Positions 39,097 to 52,052 of a stretch of 64,000 nucleotides of DNA are shown here, piece by piece. Made by a program: the position numbers and the translations under genes. How positions within the stretch are numbered: the first letter of the stretch is position 1; each line of letters starts with the position of its first letter. The notes beneath the pieces were generated by a model. It ran no database searches and had not been told where the DNA came from. It saw only the letters and a list, made by a program, of their open reading frames with translations. The stretch comes from Eledone cirrhosa (taxonomy: Eukaryota). The stretch lies in NCBI GenBank assembly GCA_964016885.1, contig OZ024757.1:37324001-37388000 (forward strand), in the 5' to 3' direction.

Positions 39097-39944
39097 TTCT
39101 TTACATATACATATGTCTCTCTCTCTCTTTATATATACTTATATATATTTTTTTCTTGTCTTTTTTTCGTTTTTTTGTTGAAATTATTGGAATTTAATTC
39201 TAGATATATGAATGAATCTTTTCATGTTGTGATCTTTGAAATTGATGTGAAGATCTAAATTGAATTCTTTTGATATGAAAGAAAGTCTTCTAATAATGCA
39301 GTTAACATTTATCAAATAGTTGCAGGCATGGCTGTGTGTTGTTTGGTTAAGAAGTTCAGCTTGTTGACCCCATGTGGAGCTCTGGGTTCAGCCGTATATA
39401 GTCGGAAATATCCGGAAACAGCCGTGAGTAGCCGAAAACAACCAGCAATAACCGGCAATAGTCGGAAACATCCGGAAATACCCGGGAATAGCCGTATATA
39501 TATATTGCTCCAGTTTACTCAGCTGTAGAAATGAGATGATAGGGACTGGGGTCCATATCATTCCACTGCAAAGTGGTCGTGGAGGTGCCACAGCAAAAAA
39601 AGCACCCAGTACTCACTGTAAATGAGGTTGGTGTTAGGAAGGGCATCCAGCTGTAGAAATCAAGCCAGAATTAGTTCCTGTCCCACCCTTGCAAGCAGGG
39701 AAAAGCGGAGGTAAAATGATGATGATGATGATATATATATATATATAGGAAAAGAGTCAGGACCCCAAGAGCTGAGGTTTGGCCATTTCGACAGCTAGAT
39801 CCGAATATTCAGATCTAGCTGTCGAAATGGCTGGAGCTCAGCCGTCGGGGTCCTGACTCTTTTCCTATAACCCACTCTACTACCCTAAGTATCAAGTACT
39901 CTGGTGCGTTATGGTCCACCTGTTTTCTTACCACACTTCCTTCG

Positions 39945-40005
<61 letters not shown>

Positions 40006-42131
40006 ATTAACCTGCTTGTATTTTTATCATTTTGGTGGCTTCTGTGGCATTCTCTTTGACATAATTTCTACAGCTGGATGTTCTTCCTAACACCTAATAC
40101 CAATCACTGACCATATTACAGAGTGTACTGGGAGCATGTTTGCCAAGTCCAGCCCAAGAGATACTGTCATGTCCTTGACATAACATGACAGTCCACAGGT
40201 CTCTTTGTGACATAATTTCTACAGCAGGATATGTTTCCTAACACCAAACACCGACCACATTACAGAGTGTACTGGGAGCATTTGAACATAAGCCCAGCAC
40301 TAGAGATGTTTGCCAAGTCCTTGACACAGCTTCCCTACATAGCACCATTTATAGCTTTCTCTACAAAGTTTAGTGTAATGGAACGTTTGACATTTATAGA
40401 ATACAGAAGTATCATTGGAAATATTCCGATTAACGTGAAACACTTCATCAACAACACCATTGAATTTCATCGACAACAACAACAACACCACCACCATTAG
40501 CAATGACAACGACACCACCACCATCATCAACATCATCGACAACAACATCAACACCATCAACAACAACAACACCACCACCACCAACAACAGCAACACTGTC
40601 AACAACAACACCACCACCATCACCACCACCGGCAACATCATCAACACCAACAACATCAACACCAACATCATCAACAACACCACCATCAACAACAGCAACA
40701 CCACCACCACCACCACTGACGACAACACCAACAACATCAACACCATCATCATCATCATAAATACAATCCAAATAAAGAGGAGATAGAACAATCTGTATAG
40801 AATTTAAGTGAGAACCTCCAATATATAATTACAATGTTGCTGGGAGCTATGGAGGAGAAATTCTCATTTTGTCTCCTGTTTGAAATTATGTAACAGTTGT
40901 ATGAAATTCATTTAGATTCATACATTCTCAGTTTTACTAGATTTTCTTCCTAATATACTTCACCATGTGTTAATATTGTTGTTGTTAGTGTTGTTGTTGG
41001 TGATTGTTGGTGGTGGTGGTGTTGGTGGTGGTGTTGTTGGTGGTGTTGGTGGTGGTGGTGTTGGTGGTGTTGGTGGTGTTGGTGTTGGTGGTGGTGGTGG
41101 TGTTGTTGGTGGTGGTGTTGGTGGTGATTGTTGGTGGTATTGGTGGTGGTGTTGGTGGTGGTGTTGTTGGTGGTGGTGTTGGTGGTGATTGTTGGTGGTG
41201 TTGGTGGTGTTGGTGGTGGTGTTGGTGGTGTTGGTGGTCGTGTTTTTTGTGATTTGATTTTTGATTAAAAAAAGTTAAATGTTTCTTTCTCTCTCTCTCA
41301 ATATAAAAGTGTGTGTGTGTGTATCATCATCATTTCATTTTACGTCCGCTTTTTCCCTGCTTGCAAGGGTGGGATGGGAACTGATTCTGGCTTGATTTCT
41401 ACAGCTGGATGCCCTTCCTAACACCAACCTCATTTACAGTGAGTGCTGGGTGCTTTTTTGCCGTGGCACCTCCACGACCACTCAAAGGCAATGGCACACG
41501 ACCGTGACCTCTGGCGTCACGCAGTAATACAGAGTACCCGACCTCCCATGGGTACAAGCTGAAGCATATAGACAATATGCACCCACACCCCCCACTGCAA
41601 GGTGGTCGTGGAGGTGCCACGGCAAAAAAAGCACCAGCCCACACTGTAAAGTGGACGTGTAGGCGCCACAAAAAAGCACCCAGCACTCACTGTAAATGAG
41701 GTTGGTGTTAGGAAGGGCATCCAGCTGTAGAAATCAAGCCAAATCAGTTCCTGTATGAGCAAGGCATGGTCAGCTGACCAGACACTGCCCACAACAGGAC
41801 AACCTGTCTAACCCATGCTAGCGTGGAAGAACGGACGTAAAACGGTGATGATGATGATGATATTTCAAGGGTACCAAGACAACATTGGTACGTTTTCATC
41901 AGATAAAATACAAAGTTTGTTTTATAAATAGAGACATACCCATGAAAATCACTATCCAGTGAATTTCCAACCGATAAGGTAGGATTTTCATGGGTATGTC
42001 TCTATTTATAAAACAAACTTTGTATTTTATCTCATGAAAGCGTACCAATGTTGTCTTGGTACCCTTGAAATATATATAATAAAATAAATATGGTTTTATA
42101 AATATAGTTTCCATTTATTTAATATCATTGC

Positions 42132-42163
<32 letters not shown>

Positions 42164-45100
42164 CTAAATAAAATAATTATATTTTTTTCCCTTAAATTAT
42201 ATTTAAATGTATATTTAAATTTTTTTTTCATCATTTTGAGGTTGTTCATCATCATAGACATTTAATTTGTCTTTCCTCTCCATATATATAAACATATATT
42301 TATATATATGTATATATATATTTATATATATGTATATATATATATATATATATATACATATATACACATGCATACATAGTTTCTCTCTTTCTCTCCCTCT
42401 CTGTTTGTCTGTCTGGTCTCTCTCTCACTCTCTTCCTCTGTCTCTCCCCTATCTCTCTCATTGCCCCTCTCTCTCTCTCTCCCTCCCTTTGCAACCCTCT
42501 CCGTCTATCTCTCTCCCTCCCTTTGTAACCCTCTCCGTCTATCTCTCTCCCTCTCTCTGTAACCCTCTCCGTCTCTCTCACTCTCACTCCCTCTGAAACC
42601 CTCTCCTTCCCTCTGTAACCCTCTCATCCATCTCTCTCTCTCTTCCTCCCTCTGTAACCCTCTCATCCATCACTCTATCTCTCTCCCTCTGTAACCCTCT
42701 CCGTCTCTCTCTCTCTCCCTCCCTCTGTAACCCTCTCATCCATCCATCTCTCTCTCTCTCTCCCTCTGTAACCTTCTCCGTCTCTCTCTCTCCCTCTGAA
42801 ACCCTCTCCGTCTCTCTCTCTCTCTCCCTCCCTCTGAAACCCTCTCCGTCTCTCTCTCTCTCCCTCCCTCTCTCTCTCCCTCCCTCTCTCTCTCCCTCCC
42901 TCTCTCTCTCCCTCCCTCTCTCTCTCCCTCCCTCTGTAACCTTCTCCGTCTCTCTCCCTCCCTCTGTAACCCTCTCCATCTCTCTCTCTCTCCCTCCCTC
43001 TCTCCGTCTCTCTCTCTTTCCCTCCCTCTCTCCGTCTCTCTCTCTCTCCCTCCCTCTCTCCGTCTCTCTCTCTTTCCCTCCCTCTCTCCGTCTCTCTCTC
43101 TTTCCCTCCCTCTCTCCGTCTCTCTCTCTCTCCCTCCCTCTCTCCGTCTCTCTCTCTCTCCCTCCCTCTGAAACCCTTTCCGTCTCTCTCTCTTTCTCTC
43201 CCTCCCTCTGTAACCCTCTCCATCTCCCCCCTCCCCCTCCCCCTCTCCGTCCCCCTCTATCCGTCTCTCTCTCTTTCCCTCCCTCCCTCTGTAACCCCCC
43301 CTACCCCACACAGACACACACATAGCTATATCTTCCATCCAAGATGATGACATAGAAATTCAACTGCAACTGTTTGATCTCCAGATTAGTTCCAGTTTGT
43401 TTCATCCGTGGTTGTGCAACCTCCCCATTAATGCCATAACTCTTCCACCACAAGTCCACAGATTATAGGAAAAGTCTGAGGATTATATCAATGGAGAAAA
43501 TCCCAGCTTGTCATTGCTTCTGCAAGCAAATATCTCCATTTTCTCTTCTCTTCTTGGCTTATGTCTATATGTGTATGTATATATGTGTGTATATGTATGT
43601 ACATGTGTCTGTATGTATATGCGTGTGTATGTATGTGTGTGTATACGTGTGTATTTATGCATGTATATATGTATGTATATGTGTGTATTTATGTATGTAT
43701 ATGTATGTACATGTGTGTGTGTATGTATGTGTGTGTATTTGTGTGTGTGTATGGATGTGTGTTTATGTATATTTATATATCATCATCATCCACACTAGCA
43801 TGGGTTAGACAGGCTGTCCTGGTGATGATGATTGTGATGATGATGATGGTGGTAATGGTGGTGATGATGGTGATGATAGTGATGATGGTGATAGTGATGG
43901 TGATAGTGATGGTGATAGTGATGATGATGGAGATGATACCATTTCCTCTGCCAGTCAGGAATCCAGACATCCATTGCCTCTTCCTTGGTTCTGTTTCTAT
44001 TTTTGTGTTACCAAAATATCAGAATATTGCGGAAGACTGGATCAATAGATAACTTGTACTCTTCAGATGGTATAGAATGGTGGAGTGTGGTGTGGTGTGG
44101 TGGAGTGTGGTGTGGTGGTGTGTGGTGGAGTGTGGTGTGGTAGTGTGTGGTGGAGTGTGGTGTGGTGGTGTGTGGTGGTGTGTGGTGTGGTGGAGTATGG
44201 TGTGGTGGTGTGTGGTGGAGTATGGTGTGGTGTGGTGGAGTGTGGTGTGGTGGAGTGTGGTGTGGTGGAGTGTGGTGTGGTGTGGTGCGGTGTGGTGTAG
44301 TGTGGTGTGGTGTGGTGTAGTGTGGTGTGGTGTGGTGGAGTGTGGTGTGGTGGTGTGTGGTGGAGTGTGGTGTGGTAGTGTGTGGTGGAGTGTGGTGTGG
44401 TGGTGTGTGGTGGAGTGTGGTGTGGTGGAGTATGGTGTGGTGGTGTGTGGTGTGGTGGAGTATGGTGTGGTGTGGTGGAGTGTGGTGTGGAGTGTGGTGT
44501 GGTGGAGTGTGGTGTGGTGGAGTGTGGTGTGGTGTGGTGGAGTGTGGTGTGGTGGAGTGTGGTGTGGTGTGGTGTGGTGGAGTGTGGTGTGGTGTGGTGC
44601 GGTGTGGTGTAGTGTGGTGTGGTGTGGTGTAGTGTTGTGTGGTGTGGTGTAGTGTGGTGCGGTGTAGTGGTGCAGTCAGGTGTGGTGTAGTGTGGTGTGG
44701 TGTAGTGTGGTGTGGTGTGGTGTGGTGTAGTGTGGTGTGGTGTGGTGGAGTGTGGTGTAGTGTAGTGTAGTGTGGTGTGGTGGTGTAGTGAAGTGTGGTG
44801 TGGTGTGGTGTAGTGTAGTGGTGTGGTGTGGTGTGGTGTGGTGGTATGGTGTAGTGTGGTGTGGTGGTGTTGTGTGTTGTGGAGTGTAGTGGTGTGGTGT
44901 GATGTGGTGTGGTGTTGTGGAGTGTGGTGTGGTATTATATGGTGTGGTGTTACAGAAGTGTTGGTTAAGGTGGTGGTGGTGTTGGTTAAGGTGGTGGTGG
45001 TGGTGTTGGTTAAGGTGGTGGTGGTGTTGGTTAAGGTGGTTGTGGTGGTGGTTAAGGTGGTGGTGGTGTTGGTTAAGGTGGTAGTGGTGGTGGTGTTGGT

Positions 45101-45624
45101 TAAGGTGGTTGTGGTGGTGGTGTTGGTTAAGGTGGTGGTGGTGTTGGTTAAGGTGGTTGTGGTGGTGGTGTTGGTTAAGGTGGTAGTGGTGGTGGTGCTG
45201 GTGGCTGTATTTTCCTTGCATCTAATTGCTATCTGAATTTCATGAATGTTGAAGAAGGCTTCAAGTTTTAAATTTTGAAGATATTTTCAAGTGATTAATG
45301 AATTTTTTCCCACAATATGAAGGACAACAACAACAACAACAACAGCAACAGCAACATCAACAGTAACACTAGCAATAACAGTAACAACAACAGTAACACC
45401 AGCAGCAATAACAACAACAGTAACAACAACAACAGTAACCACAAGAAGAGCAACAACAGTCCCCTCCCCCCAAAGTAAAGAAAGAAACAGCCTGTTTTTG
45501 TTTGAATTTATTTTTTAAAGGATTTATGGCATGTTAAAATAATTTTAGAAAATGTGTGTCTGTGTGTGTAGTAGTGTGTTTGTGTGTATATTTGTATGTG
45601 TGTGGTTGTGTGATTGTGTTAGTA

Positions 45625-45662
<38 letters not shown>

Positions 45663-45708
45663 AATATACATATACAAACTTATATATATATATACATACA
45701 CAAACACA

Positions 45709-45759
<51 letters not shown>

Positions 45760-45810
45760 ATATACATATACAAACTTATATATATATATACATACACAAA
45801 CACATATATG

Positions 45811-45857
<47 letters not shown>

Positions 45858-45942
45858 TTACACACACGTGTGTGTATATATGTGTGTGTATTTGCTTACA
45901 TATTTACATGTGTGTGTATTTGTGTATATATATGTGTTTGTG

Positions 45943-45983
<41 letters not shown>

Positions 45984-46118
45984 CATGTATATATATATAT
46001 ATATACATGTATGTATATATATACATGTATATATATAAACACACACACACATATATATATATTTATATATCTATATATACACACATTATATATATATATT
46101 TATATATCTATATACACG

Positions 46119-46161
<43 letters not shown>

Positions 46162-46228
46162 GTACACGCACATACATGTGTGTGTGTGTGCATCTATACA
46201 TATGTATCCATTTACATGTATATATATT

Positions 46229-46268
<40 letters not shown>

Positions 46269-49200
46269 GGTGTAAAAGCTATAAATTTATAATTTGAAAC
46301 GCTAATATTTTCCGTTTTGGATGAACTGACCTCTGCCATTTATTAGGAAGTCTTGGAGTCTCCTATGTTCTGTTTATTAATAGAGATGTTGAGGTAAAGA
46401 GGTTAGCATGTCGACAGTTGGGGTGGTGGTGGTGGTGGTTGAGGTGGTGGTGGTGGTAGAGGTGGTGGTGGTGGTAGAGGTGGTGGTCATGATGGTGGTG
46501 GTGTTAGTGGTGGTGGTGGTTGAGGTGGTGGTGGTGGTAGAGGTGGTGGTGGTGGTGGTGTTGGTGGTAGAGGTGGAGGTGGTGGTCATGATGGTGGTGG
46601 TGGTGGTGGTGGTAGAGGTGGTGGTCATGATGGTGGTGGTGTTAGTGGTGGTGGTAGAGGTGGTGGTCATGATGGTGGTGGTGTTAGTGGTGGTGGTAGA
46701 GGTGGTGGTGGTGGTAGAGGTGGTGGTCATGATGGTGGTGGTGTTAGTGGTGGTGGTAGAGGTGGTGGTGGTGGTTGAGGTGGTGGTGGTGGTAGAGGTG
46801 GTGGTAGAGGTGGAGGTGGTGGTAGAGGTGGTGGTCATGATGGTGGTGGTGTTAGTGGTGGTGGTAGAGGTGGTGGTGGTGGTGGTGGTTGAGGTGGTGG
46901 TGGTGGTAGAGGTGGTGGTGGTGGTGGTGTTGGTGGTAGAGGTGGAGGTGGTGGTCATGATGGTGGTGGTGGTGGTGGTGGTGGTGGTAGTGGTGGTAGA
47001 GGTGGTGGTGGTAGTGGTAGTGGTGGTGGTGTGAGTTGTGGTGTTAGTGGTGGAGGTGGTGGTGGTAGTGTTGGTGGTGGTTGTGGTGTTGGAAGTGGTG
47101 GTAGTGATGTTGTGGTAAAGAGGTTAGCATGTCGACAGTACAGAATCTGGCTGGGATGGGGGTAGTAGTGGTGGTGGTATTGTTGGAGGTGGCAGTGGTG
47201 GTGGGAGTAGTGGTGGTGTTGGTGAGGGTGATAATGATGGTGGCTGGGGTGGAGGTGGTGGCCATATTAGGTGTATTAGTGGTGGTGGTGTAGGGTAGTG
47301 TGGTATAATGTGGTGTGGTGTAGAATGGTTAAGGGTGGTTTGGTGTGGTGGTGATGATGATAATATACTTAATTGAGAGGAATTATATTTTTAAAGCTGG
47401 AATTTGTTTTGGATTCATTCCAGGTATGTTTGGTAATGGAATATGCAGAAGGTGGATCTCTCTACAATGGTAAGATTTCTTTCTGATTTCATTTTTGATT
47501 TATTGGAAATTCTTTTGTGGTCTTGTCCACAGGGCACAGCCCCAACAATGCTGCACCCTAGGCTTTGAGCCCAACACTGTATGGCTAGCCCTTGCTGTAG
47601 CAAAGAAAACAATTTTAAAACACTTGTTAGGGCTTCATAAGGTTAACCCCTACTGTAGCAGTGAAAACAGCTTCAAAATACTTGTTGTGAGGGCTTCATA
47701 AGGTTAACCCCTACTGTAGCAGTGAAAACAGCTTCAAAATACTTGTTGTGAGGGCTTCACAAGGTTAACCCCTACTGTAGCAGTGAAAACAGTTTTAAAA
47801 CATTTGTTAGGGCTTCACAAGATTAACCCCTGCTGTGGCTTTGAAAACAGTTTTTAAAACATTTATTAGGGCTTCACAAGGTTGACCCCTTCTGTAGCTG
47901 TGAAAACAGCTTTTAAAAATTTGTTAGGGCTTCACAAGAGTAACCACTGCTGTGGCTTTGAAAACAGTTTTTAAAACATTTATTAGGGCTTCACAAGGTT
48001 GACCCCTTCTGTAGCTGTGAAAACAGCTTTTAAACATTTGTTAGGGCTTCACAAGAGTAACCGCTGCTGTGGCTTTGAAAACAGTTTTTAAAACATTTAT
48101 TAGGGCTTCACAAGGTTGACCCCTACTGTAGCTGCGAAAACAGCTTTTAAACATTTGTTAGGGCTTCACAAGAGTAACCGCTGCTGTAGCTGTGAAAACA
48201 GCTTGAAGTTGTTGTTGTTATATATATATCTTGTCTTTGCAATTTCATCAAAAACATCCCTCAATCATTAGCTTGTCTTTAAGATGACAAGCTCTCTCGG
48301 TTAAATTTTATTTCAGTCATCATTAGTCTTTGCCAGATACTTTGCTGTTTTCTAAGTTTTCTTGTATTGTTTCTTGAATAATAATGTGAATGGCTTCTGT
48401 TTGGTTGTTCACTTATGGACTCCATAGATTCCATGGTTGCTCCAAGGTAATTTGGCTTCTCATTATTACACTTGGTAGGGCGGTGGATTGGCAGTATCGG
48501 TAGAGGGTTTGACGCCATGCTTTCCAGCATAGTTACGTCCCTTTACGATCTGAGTTCAAATCCCGCCGAGGTTGACTTTGCCTTTCATCCTTACGGGGTC
48601 GATAAAATAAAGTACCAGTAATGCACTGGGTAATTGCTGGCCTTGTGCCTAAAGTAGAAACAATTATTACACTTGGTAATTGCTGGCCTTGTGCCTAACG
48701 TAGAAACAATTATTTGTTTATTTATTTGTTATTATGGCAGTGGATTGGCAGTATCGGTAGAGCATCGGACACCATGCTTTTGTAGCAGAGAGTTATGGCT
48801 CTTTACATTCTGCGTTCAAATCCCGCCGAGGTTAGCTTTGCCTTTCATCGTTATGGGGTTAATAAAAATAAAGTACCAGTAATACACTGGGTAATTGCTG
48901 GCCTTCTGTCAAGAGTAGAAACAATTATTATCTCAGTTCTGCTTTGTATTGTTGTAAATTCTCATCCCTTTCTTAGTCTGCTTCCATTTCTCTCCTTCTC
49001 TGCTGCCTAGCAACTGTATAAAAATCTTGCATAACTGGTCTCACTCACATCTGATGTGTAGCTAAAATATGGATTACCAACCGACTGACCGGCAGGCAGA
49101 CAGACTCAGACAGACCGACTGACTGGCAGGCAGACAGACTCACAGACAGACTGACTGGCAGGCAGACAGACTCACAGACAGACTGACTGACTGGCAGACA

Positions 49201-51221
49201 GACCGGCAGGTAGACACTCACAGACAGACTGACTGACTGGCAGGCAGACAGACTCACAGACAGACTGACCGGCAGGCAGACAGACTGACTGACCGGCAGG
49301 CAGACAGTCACAGACAGACCGACTGACTGGCAGGCAGACAGACTCACTGACAGACTGACTGACTGGCAGACAGACAGACTCACTGACAGACTGACTGACT
49401 GGCAGGCAGACAGACTCACTGACAGACTGACTGACTGGCAGACAGACAGACTCACTGACAGACTGACTGACTGGCAGGCAGACAGACTCACTGACAGACT
49501 GACTGACTGGCAGACAGACAGACTCACTGACAGACTGACTGACTGGCAGGCAGACAGACTCACTGACAGACTGACTGACTGGCAGACAGACAGACTCACT
49601 GACAGACTGACTGACTGGCAGGCAGACAGACTCACTGACAGACTGACTGACTGGCAGGCAGACAGACTCACTGACAGACTGACTGACTGGCAGGCAGACA
49701 GACTCAGACAGACTGACTGACCGGCAGGCAGACAGACAGACAGACTGACCGGCAGGCAGACAGACTCACTGACAGACTGACTGACTGGCAGGCAGACAGA
49801 CTCAGACAGACTGACTGACCGGCAGGCAGACAGACTCACAGACAGACTGACTGACTGGCAGGCAGACAGTCACAGACAGACCGACTGACCGGCAGGCAGA
49901 CAGACTCACTGACAGACTGACTGACTGGCAGGCAGACAGACTCAGACAGACTGACTGACCGGCAGGCAGACAGACTCACTGACAGACTGACTGACTGGCA
50001 GGCAGACAGACTCAGACAGACTGACTGACCGGCAGGCAGACAGACAGACTGACTGACTGGCAGGCAGACAGACTCACTGACAGACTGACTGACTGGCAGA
50101 CAGACAGACTCACTGACAGACTGACTGACTGGCAGGCAGACAGACTCAGACAGACTGACTGACCGGCAGGCAGACAGACAGACTGACTGACTGGCAGGCA
50201 GACAGACTCACTGACAGACTGACTGACTGGCAGGCAGACAGACTCACAGACAGACTGACTGACTGGCAGGCAGACAGACTCAGACAGACTGACTGACCGG
50301 CAGGCAGACAGACAGACTGACTGACTGGCAGGCAGACAGACTCAGACAGACTGACTGACCGGCAGGCAGACAGACTCACAGACAGACTGACTGACTGGCA
50401 GGCAGACAGACTCACAGACAGACTGACCGGCAGGCAGACAGACTGACTGACCGGCAGGCAGACAGTCACAGACAGACCGACTGACTGGCAGGCAGACAGA
50501 CTCACTGACAGACTGACTGACTGGCAGACAGACAGACTCACTGACAGACTGACTGACTGGCAGACAGACAGACTCACTGACAGACCGACTGACTGGCAGG
50601 CAGACAGACTCACTGACAGACTGACTGACTGGCAGACAGACAGACTCACTGACAGACTGACTGACTGGCAGGCAGACAGACTCACTGACAGACTGACTGA
50701 CTGGCAGACAGACAGACTCACTGACAGACTGACTGACTGGCAGGCAGACAGACTCAGACAGACTGACTGACCGGCAGGCAGACAGACAGACTGACTGACT
50801 GGCAGGCAGACAGACTCAGACAGACTGACTGACCGGCAGGCAGACAGACTCACTGACAGACCGACTGACCGGCAGACAGACAGACTCACAGACAGACCGA
50901 CTGACTGGCAGGCAGACAGTCACAGACAGACTGACTGACTGGCAGGCAGACAGTCACAGACAGACCGACTGACTGGCAGGCAGACAGTCACAGACAGACC
51001 GACTGACTGGCAGGCAGACAGTCACAGACAGACTGACTGACCAGCAGACAGGCAGACACACTCACAGACAGGCAGAAACACTCACAGACAGGCAGACAGA
51101 CCGACTGACCAGCAGGCAGACACTCACAGACAGACCAACTAAAATTTCAACTTTTTACTTTTTCCCTTTAATTCTCAATGACTTTGAAGTACTTCGCAAA
51201 AGTAAAGAGATAAAACGAAAA

Positions 51222-51305
<84 letters not shown>

Positions 51306-51592
51306 ATATTTATATATATTTATTAAAACAGAATTTTCAATCTCTCTCTCTCTAGATATATATATGTATATACATATATATATATATATATGTGTGTGTT
51401 TTTATATATGTGTGTTTATATATATATGTGTGTGTTTATATATATATATATGTGTTTATATATATGTTTATATATATGTGTTTATATATATGTTTATATA
51501 TATATATGTTATATATATGTTTATAAATGTTATATATATATATATGTATATGTTATATGTTTATATATATATGTATATGTTTATATATGTTA

Positions 51593-51636
<44 letters not shown>

Positions 51637-51932
51637 CAGTTTAAATTATATTAATAATTACTTTAGTCACTCACCTTCATTTATTTACTGTCATTGTCTT
51701 TTTCAATCATATTTCTATTCTCTTACCTGATATCAGCCTACCTTAATGTTTGTGTAGCATTATGGCATTTTATTTCATCTCTCTCTCTCTGTATGTATGT
51801 ATATATATATATTTATATATATATAGGTATGTTTGTGTATATATATATATACATATATACATACATATATATATAAATCCACACATATATATATATATGT
51901 ATATATATATATGTACACACATATATATATGT

Positions 51933-51993
<61 letters not shown>

Positions 51994-52015
51994 TATACAA
52001 TATACACATGACCCT

Positions 52016-52052
<37 letters not shown>

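Noticed and set aside
49045-50889. Ser/Val/Cys-rich ORFs
   Set aside because: Translation of a CAGA/CTGA minisatellite
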